Below, in pieces: positions 9,054 through 17,827 of a stretch of 64,000 nt of DNA; position 1 is the stretch's first letter, and every line of letters begins with the position of its first letter. A model generated the notes under the pieces. The model saw only the letters and a program-made list of their open reading frames with translations. It did not search any database and was not told the origin of the DNA. The translations under genes were made by a program, and so were the position numbers. This stretch comes from Chlamydiota bacterium. GTDB lineage: Bacteria > Auribacterota > Tritonobacteria > UBA1439. The stretch covers positions 25,964-89,963 of the forward strand of contig JAAYCL010000014.1 of NCBI GenBank assembly GCA_012729785.1. Reading direction: 5' to 3'.

Positions 9054-9989
9054 ATGACGCCATCCGATGCCGCCCCGTGCCGGGGCCCGCTCCTGGGGGC
9101 GCACGTCTCCATCGCGGGGGGGGTCGGGCAGGCGCTGCGCAGCGGCGCGGAACTCCGTTGCGAGGCCGTCCAGATCTTCGTCAAGAGCAACGTCCAGTGG
9201 CGCATGCCGCCCCTCCGCCGGGAGGAGCGCGTCGACTTCCTCTCGGCGCGCCGCAGGCTCGGCATCCTCGTCTTCGCCCACTCCTCCTACCTCATCAACC
9301 TCGCCTCCGCCGATGTCCGCGTCCGGAGAAGATCGATCGGATCGCTCGGGGCGGAACTGCGGCGCTGCGCGGCGCTCGGTCTCCCGTTCATCGTCCTCCA
9401 TCCCGGGGCGCACGGAGGCGCGGGGCCGAAGGAGGGGATCCGAAAGATCGCCGCGGGGCTCGACGAGGCGCTCGACGCCGCGGGGACCGGGGGGCCGAAG
9501 GTGCTCCTCGAAACGACAGCGGGCCAGGGGACGAGCGTCGGGGGGAGGTTCGAGGAGCTCGCGGAGATCATCGCGGCCTCGCGCCGCGCGGAACGGCTGG
9601 GGGTCTGCTTCGACACGTGCCACGTCTTCGCCGCGGGGTACGACATCCGCACCCCGAACGGCTACGCGCGCACGATGGGGGAGTTCGACCGCCTCGTCGG
9701 CCTGCGGCGCCTGGAGGCGTTTCACCTGAACGACTGCAAAGGGTCGCTCGGCGCGCGCCTCGACCGGCACACGCACATCGGCAGGGGAACAGTCGGCCTC
9801 GGGGCGTTCAGGGCGCTCCTGCACGACCGGCGTTTCGAGGGGTTGCCGATGGTGCTCGAGACGCCGAAGGGCGACGGGATGGCGATGGACCGTCGGAATC
9901 TCGCGGTGCTGCGGAAGCTGCGGAAGGCGGGAGGGGGCCGGAGGCGTGCTCCGCGGCCGGTGCGAAGCCGGGCGAAAGATGCTGAATAA
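9054..9989 (+). CDS. nfo: endonuclease IV (AP endonuclease)
   Basis: LLGAHVSIAGG...HSSYLINL...LETTAGQG...CFDTCH motifs of xylose-isomerase-like fold Nfo. Confidence 0.85.
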   Translation: MTPSDAAPCRGPLLGAHVSIAGGVGQALRSGAELRCEAVQIFVKSNVQWRMPPLRREERVDFLSARRRLGILVFAHSSYLINLASADVRVRRRSIGSLGAELRRCAALGLPFIVLHPGAHGGAGPKEGIRKIAAGLDEALDAAGTGGPKVLLETTAGQGTSVGGRFEELAEIIAASRRAERLGVCFDTCHVFAAGYDIRTPNGYARTMGEFDRLVGLRRLEAFHLNDCKGSLGARLDRHTHIGRGTVGLGAFRALLHDRRFEGLPMVLETPKGDGMAMDRRNLAVLRKLRKAGGGRRRAPRPVRSRAKDAE

Positions 9990-10097
9990 GAACCTGACCC
10001 CGACGTCGGCGCCGGGTTGCCCGCGGCGGGCGCGGGTGCTATACTGCAGCCGGTTCAAGGTCTCCGCTCCGCGCGCGTGCGGCCCGGGAGGTGCGGA

Positions 10098-10406
10098 ATG
10101 CCGATCTACGAATACTCCTGCGCCCGTTGCGGAAAACTGACCGCACTGCTCGAGCGGCGCGGCGCCTGGAATTTCTGGCGGAGGCGTTGCGCCTCCTGCG
10201 GCAGCAGGCGGCTGCGGAGGGCCTACTCGACCTTCTCGACCTCGAAAAAACAGTCGATGGGCGAGTTGCTGAACGAGATGCGGCGTATGGGGCCGGTGAA
10301 CTTCGTTCCCGCGCCCCCGCCCGGCCTCCAGGGGCCGCCCCCCGGAGGGTGCCCCTATGCCGCCGGAGGCGGCGGGGAGACGAAAGGGGCCGGGGGGGCG
10401 GAGTGA
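10098..10406 (+). CDS. FmdB-family zinc-ribbon protein
   Basis: MPIYEYSCARCG...C(x2)C with a Gly/Pro-rich tail. Confidence 0.7.
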   Translation: MPIYEYSCARCGKLTALLERRGAWNFWRRRCASCGSRRLRRAYSTFSTSKKQSMGELLNEMRRMGPVNFVPAPPPGLQGPPPGGCPYAAGGGGETKGAGGAE

Positions 10407-10446
10407 CGCGGCGACGGGGTCGAATCTGGAGGGCGCCTCCGTGACG

Positions 10447-10554
10447 ATGGAATCGGATTTCTGGCAGTATTTCGCCTTCTTCCTCGTGGGCCTTATCGTG
10501 CTCTCCATAGTCCTGGCCGCCCTCTGCGCCTACCTGTTCAAGGACCGCTCCTGA
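10447..10554 (+). CDS. small single-TM peptide (35 aa)
   Basis: MESDFWQYFAFFLVGLIVLSIVLAALCAYLFKDRS directly after the FmdB gene. Confidence 0.3.
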   Translation: MESDFWQYFAFFLVGLIVLSIVLAALCAYLFKDRS

Positions 10555-10569
10555 GGCGGCGAGACGGCG

Positions 10570-10821
10570 ATGCGCATCCTCAAGGGGATCGCCTGGTGGC
10601 TCGCGTTCAGCGCCCTCTGCGCGGCGGCGACGCTGGCCGCGATGCGCCAGGTCGCAGAGCGGAGCGGCAGGGCTGGCCTCTACGCGGCCTGGATGGACGA
10701 GATCCGGGACGCATTCGCCGAGGCGAACGGGTTCGCCGGGGAGCTGTACGAAAAGGCGGCGCTGACGCTGCGGTGTCGCGCGGGCGCGAACGGGGCCGGT
10801 GAGGGCGGGAAAGGAACGTGA
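10570..10821 (+). CDS. hypothetical small membrane protein
   Basis: 83 aa with an N-terminal TM helix; coding potential is modest. Confidence 0.3.
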   Translation: MRILKGIAWWLAFSALCAAATLAAMRQVAERSGRAGLYAAWMDEIRDAFAEANGFAGELYEKAALTLRCRAGANGAGEGGKGT

Positions 10822-10895
10822 AGCGACGCGGGCAGGCGCCGGATTCGGTGAAACGGGGCGGATCGATCACACGGATGTTGTCAGGGAGGTGGAAT

Positions 10896-11081
10896 ATGAG
10901 AAGGATCGCGTGCGCGGTGATGGCGATGGCGGCGGCGTGCGCCGCGGGGTGCGTGGACGTGAACCTGGGCCAGGCGAGCAAGGATTGGGCCGAGGTGGGC
11001 AAGGGGTTCGCCGACGCCTACAAGTCGCAGGGCGGCGTGGACGTCACAGTGCCGCAACAGCCGCCCGCCGACGTGCAGTAG
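10896..11081 (+). CDS. small lipoprotein
   Basis: GGGAGG RBS. MRRIACAVMAMAAACAAGC is a lipobox. Confidence 0.45.
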   Translation: MRRIACAVMAMAAACAAGCVDVNLGQASKDWAEVGKGFADAYKSQGGVDVTVPQQPPADVQ

Positions 11082-11118
11082 CACACGCCGCGGGCGCCCA
11101 GTCCGGCGCCGATGCGGA

Positions 11119-11153
11119 AGGCCTCTATCCGCCCGAGGGGCGGATAGAGGCCT
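11119..11153. terminator. bidirectional intrinsic terminator hairpin between convergent genes
   Basis: 16-bp perfect stem AGGCCTCTATCCGCCC-gag-GGGCGGATAGAGGCCT followed by a T-containing run. Confidence 0.55.
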
Positions 11154-11190
11154 TGTCTGTCGCGCGCGAAGGCGGCGCCTGCGGCGTCCG

Positions 11191-11862
11191 CTAGTCGGCG
11201 AAGTTGGTGACGATATCCTTGGTGATGGCGGACTTCAGGTTCTGCAGGACCAGCGGCGTCAGGCTGTGGCGGATGAAGTTCTTGTTGAGTTGCCGCTCGG
11301 TGCGCTCCTCCCAGATGCTGAAGTTCCGGTAGGCGACCGCCTGCACCCTCCGGTTGAGCAGCACCCGTCCGGTCTTGATCTCCCGTATCCGGTAGACGAC
11401 CTCCGCCGCGCCCTGCCAGGTCTGCGCCTTGATGTTGAACGAGATCGGGAAGATGATGTAGGTGAGGGCGACCGGGACCCCCATCGAGTTCCACCCCTCG
11501 AAGCGGCAGAGCGACTCGTTCAGCTCGCCCTCCATCAGCAGATTCGCCTTGGCGGCGAGCGCCTTCTCCTCGACGTCCCGAGGCGTGGCGTCCTTGTCGA
11601 TCGGCAGCGTGATGACGTCCATGAACGCCTTGTTCCGCTCGATCTCGTCCTGGATCACCTCGCGCAGCTCGTCGACGCCGATGAAGAGCGGGTAGCGCGC
11701 GAAGCTCTTGTCCTGGAATATGCCGATGGCGAGGCTGTGGCCGAACGGCTTCTCGGGGGGGGCGTAGAAGGCGAGGGGCGGGGGTGGCGTGTTCATCCCC
11801 CCGCCGCAGCCGAGGAGGAGACCGAGGAGCAGGAGCTGCACAGACACGAGGATTCTTTTCAC
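11191..11862 (-). CDS. hypothetical lipoprotein
   Basis: GTG start with AAGGAGG RBS. VKRILVSVQLLLLGLLLGC is a lipobox. Confidence 0.6.
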   Translation of the reverse strand: MKRILVSVQLLLLGLLLGCGGGMNTPPPPLAFYAPPEKPFGHSLAIGIFQDKSFARYPLFIGVDELREVIQDEIERNKAFMDVITLPIDKDATPRDVEEKALAAKANLLMEGELNESLCRFEGWNSMGVPVALTYIIFPISFNIKAQTWQGAAEVVYRIREIKTGRVLLNRRVQAVAYRNFSIWEERTERQLNKNFIRHSLTPLVLQNLKSAITKDIVTNFAD

Positions 11863-11947
11863 GCGACCGCCTCCTTGTGGCGCGCCGGGATCCCGCGGGC
11901 GCCGGTTCCGGATTGCGCGCCCGCACCGCACACGGTATCATACGCCC

Positions 11948-13657
11948 ATGCCGATTGCCACGCTAAAACGCCTCCTCCCGCGCATCTGCATCCCGGCCGC
12001 CGTCGCCGCGGCGGGCGTCGTCTTCCTCGCTTACCCGAGGAGGCAGGTTCCGTCGATGCTCCGTCTCGTGCCCCGCGAGGGGCTCGCCGTGTGCGTCCGC
12101 GCGCGGGGGCTCGGGCAGATCTGGCGGCGCTGCGCCCGTTCGGAATTCGGCCGCATGGTCGCACGGGGGGAGATCTTCCCCCTCGACGAGCTCCGCGCCG
12201 CCGACGAGGAGTTCCGGGAGGAGTGGGAGGATCTCGACACCTCGCAATGGTCCGAGATCGCCGGGCGCGACTGCGTCTTCGTGCTGTACGCGGGGGGGGC
12301 GGGAACGCCGCCCCGGGCCGCCCTCTGGGCGCGGGTCGGCTTCAAAGCGCGCCTGCTCCATCTCTGGGAAAGGGGGCGCGCGGCCGTATGCTTCTGGCGG
12401 GCGGGGAGAATCCAGACACGGCGTGTGGGGACCCTCACCGTCAATTCGGTGCTGGATCGGAAGCGGGGGACGGTCGACGCCAGCTACGTCCTCGCCGGCG
12501 ATCTCGGGATCGCGACGACGGGGGACGGGGAACGGTTCTGGGAGCGCGTCGCCGCCCTGGCGCAGGGGGGCGGCGCGCCCGCGCGGGGGGCGGAGGGGGT
12601 GATCGCCGAGGTGCGGGCGCCGGGCCGCGGGAAGGCGCAGGGGGCCTTCTTCGCGGACGCCGCCGCGCTGCGGCAGCTCGCGGGCGCGCGGATCGACAAA
12701 TCCGGCCGGGTCGTGTGCGAGGAGGGGGGGGCCTTCTCCGCACGCGCCGCCGCGCGCGAGGCGCTGGCGGGGTGGACGACGATGTCGGGTTCGTTCACGC
12801 TCGGCGAACGCACGACCCTGGAGGCGCGCATCGGGCGTCCCGGCGGCGGCTCGGCGAAACCGCTTTCCGCGGACCCGCTCCTGCCCGCCGCGGCGCGCGG
12901 CGGGATACTGTACGCGGCGGGCCGATGGAACCCGCGGGACCTTCTCGACCGGGCGCGCCGAAGCTGGGACGGCGGCGAGGTTCGGTTCGAGAAGAAGGGA
13001 GGGGCGGCGACGTTTCCCGCGGCGCACTTCTCGATGCGATGGCTCGGAGATGACTGGTCGTTGTTGCTCTACCTCGACGGGCGGGGGATGCTGCACGCCG
13101 CCGCGTCGGCTGCGGTGGGCGATCGCACACTCGCCCGCGCGCGGTTGAGGCGCTTCCTGGAGCTCGCCGACGGCGCGGAGTTGTTCCTGGCCGACGGGCG
13201 CGGCGGCGGATGGGCGCCGGTGAGCGGCGCGCTGGAGGTGGAGGAGGAGAAGGCGGACCGGGGACTCCGCTGGCGCCTCAGCCCCGGCGCGCCCCTGGAG
13301 TATCTCTACGCCCCGGTCGTCCTCCTGCGCGACGGCCGTCTCGTCGTCGCCACCGCCGATCCGCCGGGCCTGGGCGCCGCCGTTCCCCTTTCCGCGAACG
13401 CGGGAGGGACGGGACGCTTCCTCCTGCGGGGGGGCGAGATGGAGCGCGCCGCCGCCTCGCTGCGGCAGATCCTCGCGATCGCCGGGGCGTTCGTCGAGAA
13501 AGAGGCCGATCGGGAGCGGATCGACGGGGCGCGCCGCGCGCTCGGGGCGCTGGCGTGGCTTGCGCCGCTGCGGGAGGTCAGGGCAACCGCGTCCGACGAG
13601 AAGGGGGGGACGCGGCTCTCCGTCATCGCGGAGATCGGGGATATCCGGGGGCGGTGA
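11948..13657 (+). CDS. hypothetical membrane-anchored protein (569 aa)
   Basis: Internal ATG of ORF 11789. N-terminal TM (ICIPAAVAAAGVVFLAY), then a large soluble domain with no recognised motif. Confidence 0.55.
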   Translation: MPIATLKRLLPRICIPAAVAAAGVVFLAYPRRQVPSMLRLVPREGLAVCVRARGLGQIWRRCARSEFGRMVARGEIFPLDELRAADEEFREEWEDLDTSQWSEIAGRDCVFVLYAGGAGTPPRAALWARVGFKARLLHLWERGRAAVCFWRAGRIQTRRVGTLTVNSVLDRKRGTVDASYVLAGDLGIATTGDGERFWERVAALAQGGGAPARGAEGVIAEVRAPGRGKAQGAFFADAAALRQLAGARIDKSGRVVCEEGGAFSARAAAREALAGWTTMSGSFTLGERTTLEARIGRPGGGSAKPLSADPLLPAAARGGILYAAGRWNPRDLLDRARRSWDGGEVRFEKKGGAATFPAAHFSMRWLGDDWSLLLYLDGRGMLHAAASAAVGDRTLARARLRRFLELADGAELFLADGRGGGWAPVSGALEVEEEKADRGLRWRLSPGAPLEYLYAPVVLLRDGRLVVATADPPGLGAAVPLSANAGGTGRFLLRGGEMERAAASLRQILAIAGAFVEKEADRERIDGARRALGALAWLAPLREVRATASDEKGGTRLSVIAEIGDIRGR

Positions 13658-13690
13658 GGGGGAGCGGCGCCTGAAGGGTCCGGCGCCGCC

Positions 13691-15100
13691 TCAGCGCGGG
13701 ACCAGGGGGCGCAGGGGGCCGAACCGCTCGAGGGCGGGGGGGAGGGCTTCGCCGTCGCCGAGGGCGAGGATCGTCGCGGCGCCGGGGCGCAGGTGCGCCT
13801 GCGCCGCGCGACGCACGTCCTCGCGGGTCACCGCCGCGACCTTTTCGGGCCAGGTCTTCAGATAGTCCCGCGGCAGCCCTGCGAATTCGATGCCGATCAT
13901 CTGCTCCACCACCTGCGACGGGCTTGTGAAGTTGAAGACGAAGCTGTTCAGGCGCGAATCCTTCGCGCGCCGGAGCTCCTGGTCCGTCACCGGTTCCGTG
14001 CGGATCCTCTCCATCTCCTCCAACAGTATGTCGAGCGCCCGCGCCGCCGTGTTCTCCTTCGTCTGGCACGACGCGTAGAACAGCCCCGCCCGCACCGCCG
14101 GGGTGAAACGGGATCCCGCGCTGTAGGCGAGTCCCTCCGCGGTCCGGACGCGTTCCAGTATCCTCGACGAGAAGACCCCTCCCCCGAGTATCTCGTTCAT
14201 CACCATCACCGGGAAGTAGTCCGGGTCGTCGCGCGGGATTCCCGCGTGCCCGACGAGGAGGTGCGCCTGCTCGGTGGGCCTGCGCACGAGGAAGACGAGG
14301 CGCTCCTCCCGCCCCTCCACGGGGGGTGGCGGGGCGGGGGCGGGGGATCGCGCCGGGCCGAAGGCGTCGTTGAGGGTCTTCACGAGCGTCTCCCGGTCGA
14401 ACTCCCCCGCGGCGCCGAAGATCATCCCCGAGGGGTTGAAGCGCGCACGGTGGAAGGCGACGAGGTCGCCGCGCCCGATCCGGTCCATCGAGCTGGGCTC
14501 GCCGATGACCGGGTGCGCGTACGGGTGCGCGCCGTAGACGAGGCGGCGGAACTCGCGGGCGGCGGTCTGCCCCGGCTCGTCGTTCCAGCGGCGTATCGCC
14601 TCGCGGACCTGGTCCTTGCGGAGGTCGATCTTCTCCGGGGAGAAGGCGGGGCGCAGCAGCAGGTCGAGCGCGATGCCGAGGGCCTCTTCCGTGTCGCGGG
14701 AGAGGCAGGAGAGCGCACACGCCGCCCCGTCGTGGTCCGCGGCGGCGGAGAGCTCCGCCCCGAGGTACTCCAGACGGCGGTCCACCTCGTCGGCGTCCAT
14801 CCCGGCGCTCCCCCCGGTGCGGATCAGCTCGGCGACGAGGGCCGCGAGCCCCTCCTTGCCCTCCGGGTCGAACGCGGAGCCGGCGCGCGCCATCGCGTGG
14901 AAACTGAAGAGGGGGAGGCGCGCGTCGCTGAACAGGTAGAGCGGGGCGCCGCAGTCGAGGACGACCCGTTCCGCCTCCGGGGGCGAGAAACGAAGCGGGG
15001 GGAACGCCATTTCGGCCGGGTGGACGGGGCCCCGCCGGGCGCCGCAGCCCGCGGCGGAGAGCGCGAAGACGAGGAGCAGCGCGGCGGCCCAATGCGTCAC
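13691..15100 (-). CDS. M16B peptidase, non-catalytic subunit
   Basis: GTG start overlapping the upstream stop (GTGA). Lipoprotein-like signal VTHWAAALLLVFALSAAGC. M16 fold, but the HxxEH site is replaced by AALVAEL. Confidence 0.75.
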   Translation of the reverse strand: MTHWAAALLLVFALSAAGCGARRGPVHPAEMAFPPLRFSPPEAERVVLDCGAPLYLFSDARLPLFSFHAMARAGSAFDPEGKEGLAALVAELIRTGGSAGMDADEVDRRLEYLGAELSAAADHDGAACALSCLSRDTEEALGIALDLLLRPAFSPEKIDLRKDQVREAIRRWNDEPGQTAAREFRRLVYGAHPYAHPVIGEPSSMDRIGRGDLVAFHRARFNPSGMIFGAAGEFDRETLVKTLNDAFGPARSPAPAPPPPVEGREERLVFLVRRPTEQAHLLVGHAGIPRDDPDYFPVMVMNEILGGGVFSSRILERVRTAEGLAYSAGSRFTPAVRAGLFYASCQTKENTAARALDILLEEMERIRTEPVTDQELRRAKDSRLNSFVFNFTSPSQVVEQMIGIEFAGLPRDYLKTWPEKVAAVTREDVRRAAQAHLRPGAATILALGDGEALPPALERFGPLRPLVPR

Positions 15101-16578
15101 GGGATGAGGACGGTGGTGCACTTTTCCTCCGTGAGATAGTTGCGCGCCACGCGGACGAGGTCGTTTGGCGTGACCGCCCTGATCCTCGGGATATAGCGGT
15201 TCACGTAGTCCCAGCGGTCGATCGCGGCGTAGGTGCCTATGGCGGAGGCGATCTCCGCGGTGGATTCGAGGCCGCGGACGAAATCCGCCTCGATCGAGTT
15301 CCGAGCCTTGGCGAGCTCCCAGTCGCTCACCGGCTCCTGCGCGAGCAGGCGCAGCTCCCCGCGGATCGCCTCGGCGGCCTCCTCCGCCGTACGGGGGCTC
15401 CGGGGGATCGCGTGGACGACGAACAGGTACGGGTACCGCGAGGGGGGAGAGGAGGCGGAGACGGAGACCGCGACCCGCTTCTCCTGGACGAGGCGCCGGT
15501 GAAGGCGCGAGCTGCGGCCGGAGGAGAGGATGTTCTCCAGGACGTTCAGGGCGATGTCGTCGTCGGACTCCGCCGCGGGCTTCTGAAAGGCGAGGGCGAC
15601 GCGCGGCGAGGCGTCGAGCGAGAGACGCGCCTGGCGCGGACCGCGTTGCGGCGGCTCGCGGGTGACGACCGGCGGCGGGGGCGGCTGCGCGGGGATCGGG
15701 CCGAAGTAGCGCTCCGCGAGGGCGACGACCTCGTTTCGGTCTACGTCGCCCGCGACGGCGACGATCGCGTTGTTGGGGGCGTAGTAACGCCGGTACCAGG
15801 CCTCGACCTCCGCACGCGGGATGCGCTCGATGTCGGACCTCCATCCGATGATCGGCCACCGGTACGGGTGCGCGATCAGGGCGGTCGCGAAGAGCTGCTC
15901 CCAGAACGCCCCCCCCGGGCTGTCGTCCACGGTGAGGCGCCGCTCCTCGAGGACCACCTGCCGCTCGCGGTGGAACTCCCTGAAGACCGCGTTGGCCATC
16001 CGGTCGGACTCAAGCGCCATCCAGAGCTCCAAGCGGTTCGCCGGCAGACTGCAGTAGTACTGTGTCCGGTCCTTGCCGGTGCCGGCGTTCAGCCCCTCGG
16101 CCCCGGCGGCCATGTAGATCTTCCAGAGTTCGTTGCGCACCGTCAGCTCGCCGGCGCGGCGCTCCGCCTCCTCCAGCTCCTTCCGGAGCCGCGCCGTCTC
16201 CCCCGCCGCGCCGCCTCCGCGTTCCATCGCGGCGACCGCGTCGTGGAGCTCTTCGATCTTGGCGAGAAGGGGCTCTTCCGCCTCCCAGTCCCTCGTCCCG
16301 ACCGTGCGCGTCCCCTTGAACATCATATGCTCGAGGAGATGGGTGATGCCGGTCTTCCCCGGCTCCTCGTTCACTGAGCCCACGCGGTAGAAGACGGAAC
16401 AGGAGACGACGGGGGCCTGGCGGTGCTCGACGACGAGAAGGAGGAGGCCGTTGGAGAGGCGGTGCTCGGCGGCGTCCACGCCGAGTGGGGACTCCGCCGC
16501 CGCCCGGCCGGGCGAAACCAGGGCCAGGAGCGTTGCCGCGAGGAGCCGCCCGATGCGGATGGATGGGGAGGATCCCAT
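15097..16578 (-). CDS. M16B zinc peptidase, catalytic subunit
   Basis: Signal peptide, then inverted zincin motif GITHLLEHMMFKGT (HxxEH). Confidence 0.85.
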   Translation of the reverse strand: MGSSPSIRIGRLLAATLLALVSPGRAAAESPLGVDAAEHRLSNGLLLLVVEHRQAPVVSCSVFYRVGSVNEEPGKTGITHLLEHMMFKGTRTVGTRDWEAEEPLLAKIEELHDAVAAMERGGGAAGETARLRKELEEAERRAGELTVRNELWKIYMAAGAEGLNAGTGKDRTQYYCSLPANRLELWMALESDRMANAVFREFHRERQVVLEERRLTVDDSPGGAFWEQLFATALIAHPYRWPIIGWRSDIERIPRAEVEAWYRRYYAPNNAIVAVAGDVDRNEVVALAERYFGPIPAQPPPPPVVTREPPQRGPRQARLSLDASPRVALAFQKPAAESDDDIALNVLENILSSGRSSRLHRRLVQEKRVAVSVSASSPPSRYPYLFVVHAIPRSPRTAEEAAEAIRGELRLLAQEPVSDWELAKARNSIEADFVRGLESTAEIASAIGTYAAIDRWDYVNRYIPRIRAVTPNDLVRVARNYLTEEKCTTVLIP

Positions 16579-16607
16579 CGTGCCCCTCTCCGTCGAGGCG
16601 GCCCGCC

Positions 16608-17630
16608 TCAGGCGGCGCCGCCGGCCGTCTTCTCCACGTCCCAGTTGTTCGCGACGATCAGGGCGCGGGTCCTGCGCCCGTCCTTCTCGATCTCGACGAG
16701 CTCGCCCGCGGCGCGGATATGCTCGCCGACGCAAAACTCGCCGCGCACGTAGCTGTCGGAGAGGACGAGGACGAACCGCTCCTCCCGCACCCCGTCGACC
16801 TCGGCCTCCTCGAGGGGGAAGACGAGCGGCATGTAGATCGAGTGGCGGATATCGGTGATGCGGGCCTCGAGGCGCGCCTCCTTCCGGAGGCTGCGGATGC
16901 GGCAGTCCCGCAGCGGGATCTCGTCCTCGCGCGCGTAGATGAAGAACGGGCAGACGAGGATGCCGCCGTGATAGAGGCGCAGCGGCCAGAACTTCCCGAA
17001 CTCGTGGACGTGGCGGGAGGGGTCCTCCCGGACGAGGGCGAGGATGCGCCGCATCAGGGCGTAGTTCTCCTCCACCGTGCCGTGCACGGCGAGGTCGGTG
17101 TCATCGTCGTGCTCCTCGAGTCGCCCGTACTGGAGCGAGCCGGTCAGGCCCATCCGTTCGACCGGGACCTCCAGCAGCTCGCTGGCCGCCCGAACCCCCT
17201 TGTCGATCTTCGGGTAGAGCTCCATGCAGAGCCGGAGGGACTTCTTGGAGTCGAAGAAGCCGACGAAATCGCTGCGCGGCATCAGGAGGTTGTTCTTGAT
17301 CACCGGGGCGACGCAGGCGCTCCGCGCGAGGTCGGGGAAGAGGGTGTAGTGCATCTCGATCTGCTGCGGGTTGGTGAACGAGTGCATCTTCCCGTCGCGG
17401 TACGTCTTGTGGAGGCAGTCGTAGTCGCGGCCGAAGATCTCCGCCCAGCCGCCCTTTTTCGGGTAGTAGAGTATCTTCGCGGAGATCATCCCGGGCGGAT
17501 GGCAGTAGCCCTGGGCGAAGGCGAGGCTGCCGTCCTTCCTGAGGAAGTAGGTGCAGTCGGTGACCCTCTCCCCGAGTTCGGCGATGGGGACGAGGAAGAT
17601 ATCCATCATCTCGTCGAAACGATCCTTCAT
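16608..17630 (-). CDS. hypothetical protein with a possible nucleotidyltransferase motif
   Basis: 340 aa. GLTGSLQYGRLEEHDDDTDLAV resembles a GS...DxD polymerase-beta-type NTase core, but lies mid-protein. Co-operonic with the M16B pair. Confidence 0.5.
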   Translation of the reverse strand: MKDRFDEMMDIFLVPIAELGERVTDCTYFLRKDGSLAFAQGYCHPPGMISAKILYYPKKGGWAEIFGRDYDCLHKTYRDGKMHSFTNPQQIEMHYTLFPDLARSACVAPVIKNNLLMPRSDFVGFFDSKKSLRLCMELYPKIDKGVRAASELLEVPVERMGLTGSLQYGRLEEHDDDTDLAVHGTVEENYALMRRILALVREDPSRHVHEFGKFWPLRLYHGGILVCPFFIYAREDEIPLRDCRIRSLRKEARLEARITDIRHSIYMPLVFPLEEAEVDGVREERFVLVLSDSYVRGEFCVGEHIRAAGELVEIEKDGRRTRALIVANNWDVEKTAGGAA

Positions 17631-17707
17631 AGGGGGGGAAGTATACTACAACGGGCCGCGGATGCCACTATGAAGGCGTGTGAGCGTATGGACTCGCGCG
17701 GGCGGGC

Positions 17708-17737
17708 GCGCCGCATTTCGAGGCGCCGCATTTCGAG
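17708..17737. repeat. perfect 15-bp tandem duplication GCGCCGCATTTCGAG x2 in a divergent promoter region
   Basis: Read directly from sequence; overlaps the candidate -35 of the SOD-like gene promoter. Confidence 0.8.
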
Positions 17738-17738
17738 G

Positions 17739-17768
17739 TTGCGCTCCCGATGGCGCCGCGGTAAAATC
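17739..17768 (+). promoter_or_regulatory. sigma70-like promoter candidate (TTGCGC-N18-TAAAAT) for the SOD-like gene
   Basis: -35 and -10 hexamers with 18-nt spacing, about 60 nt upstream of the start at 17828. Confidence 0.4.
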
Positions 17769-17827
17769 GGGTGTCCCGCGCGGGGGGCGCATCCGGCGCG
17801 CCGGGTCGCGGGCGAGAGGAGGAGGGT

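Noticed and set aside
8940-10508. 522-aa minus-strand ORF
   Set aside because: Antisense to nfo and the FmdB gene; low-complexity.
13623-15139. 489-aa (-) and 448-aa (+) ORFs over the M16B genes
   Set aside because: Out-of-frame and antisense companions of a well-supported peptidase gene.
16608-17630. CBASS cGAS/DncV-like nucleotidyltransferase
   Set aside because: The GS...DxD motif is mid-protein, and no Cap effector genes (patatin, endonuclease, E1/E2, JAB) are present. The neighbours are M16 peptidases, so a defence-system call is not supported.
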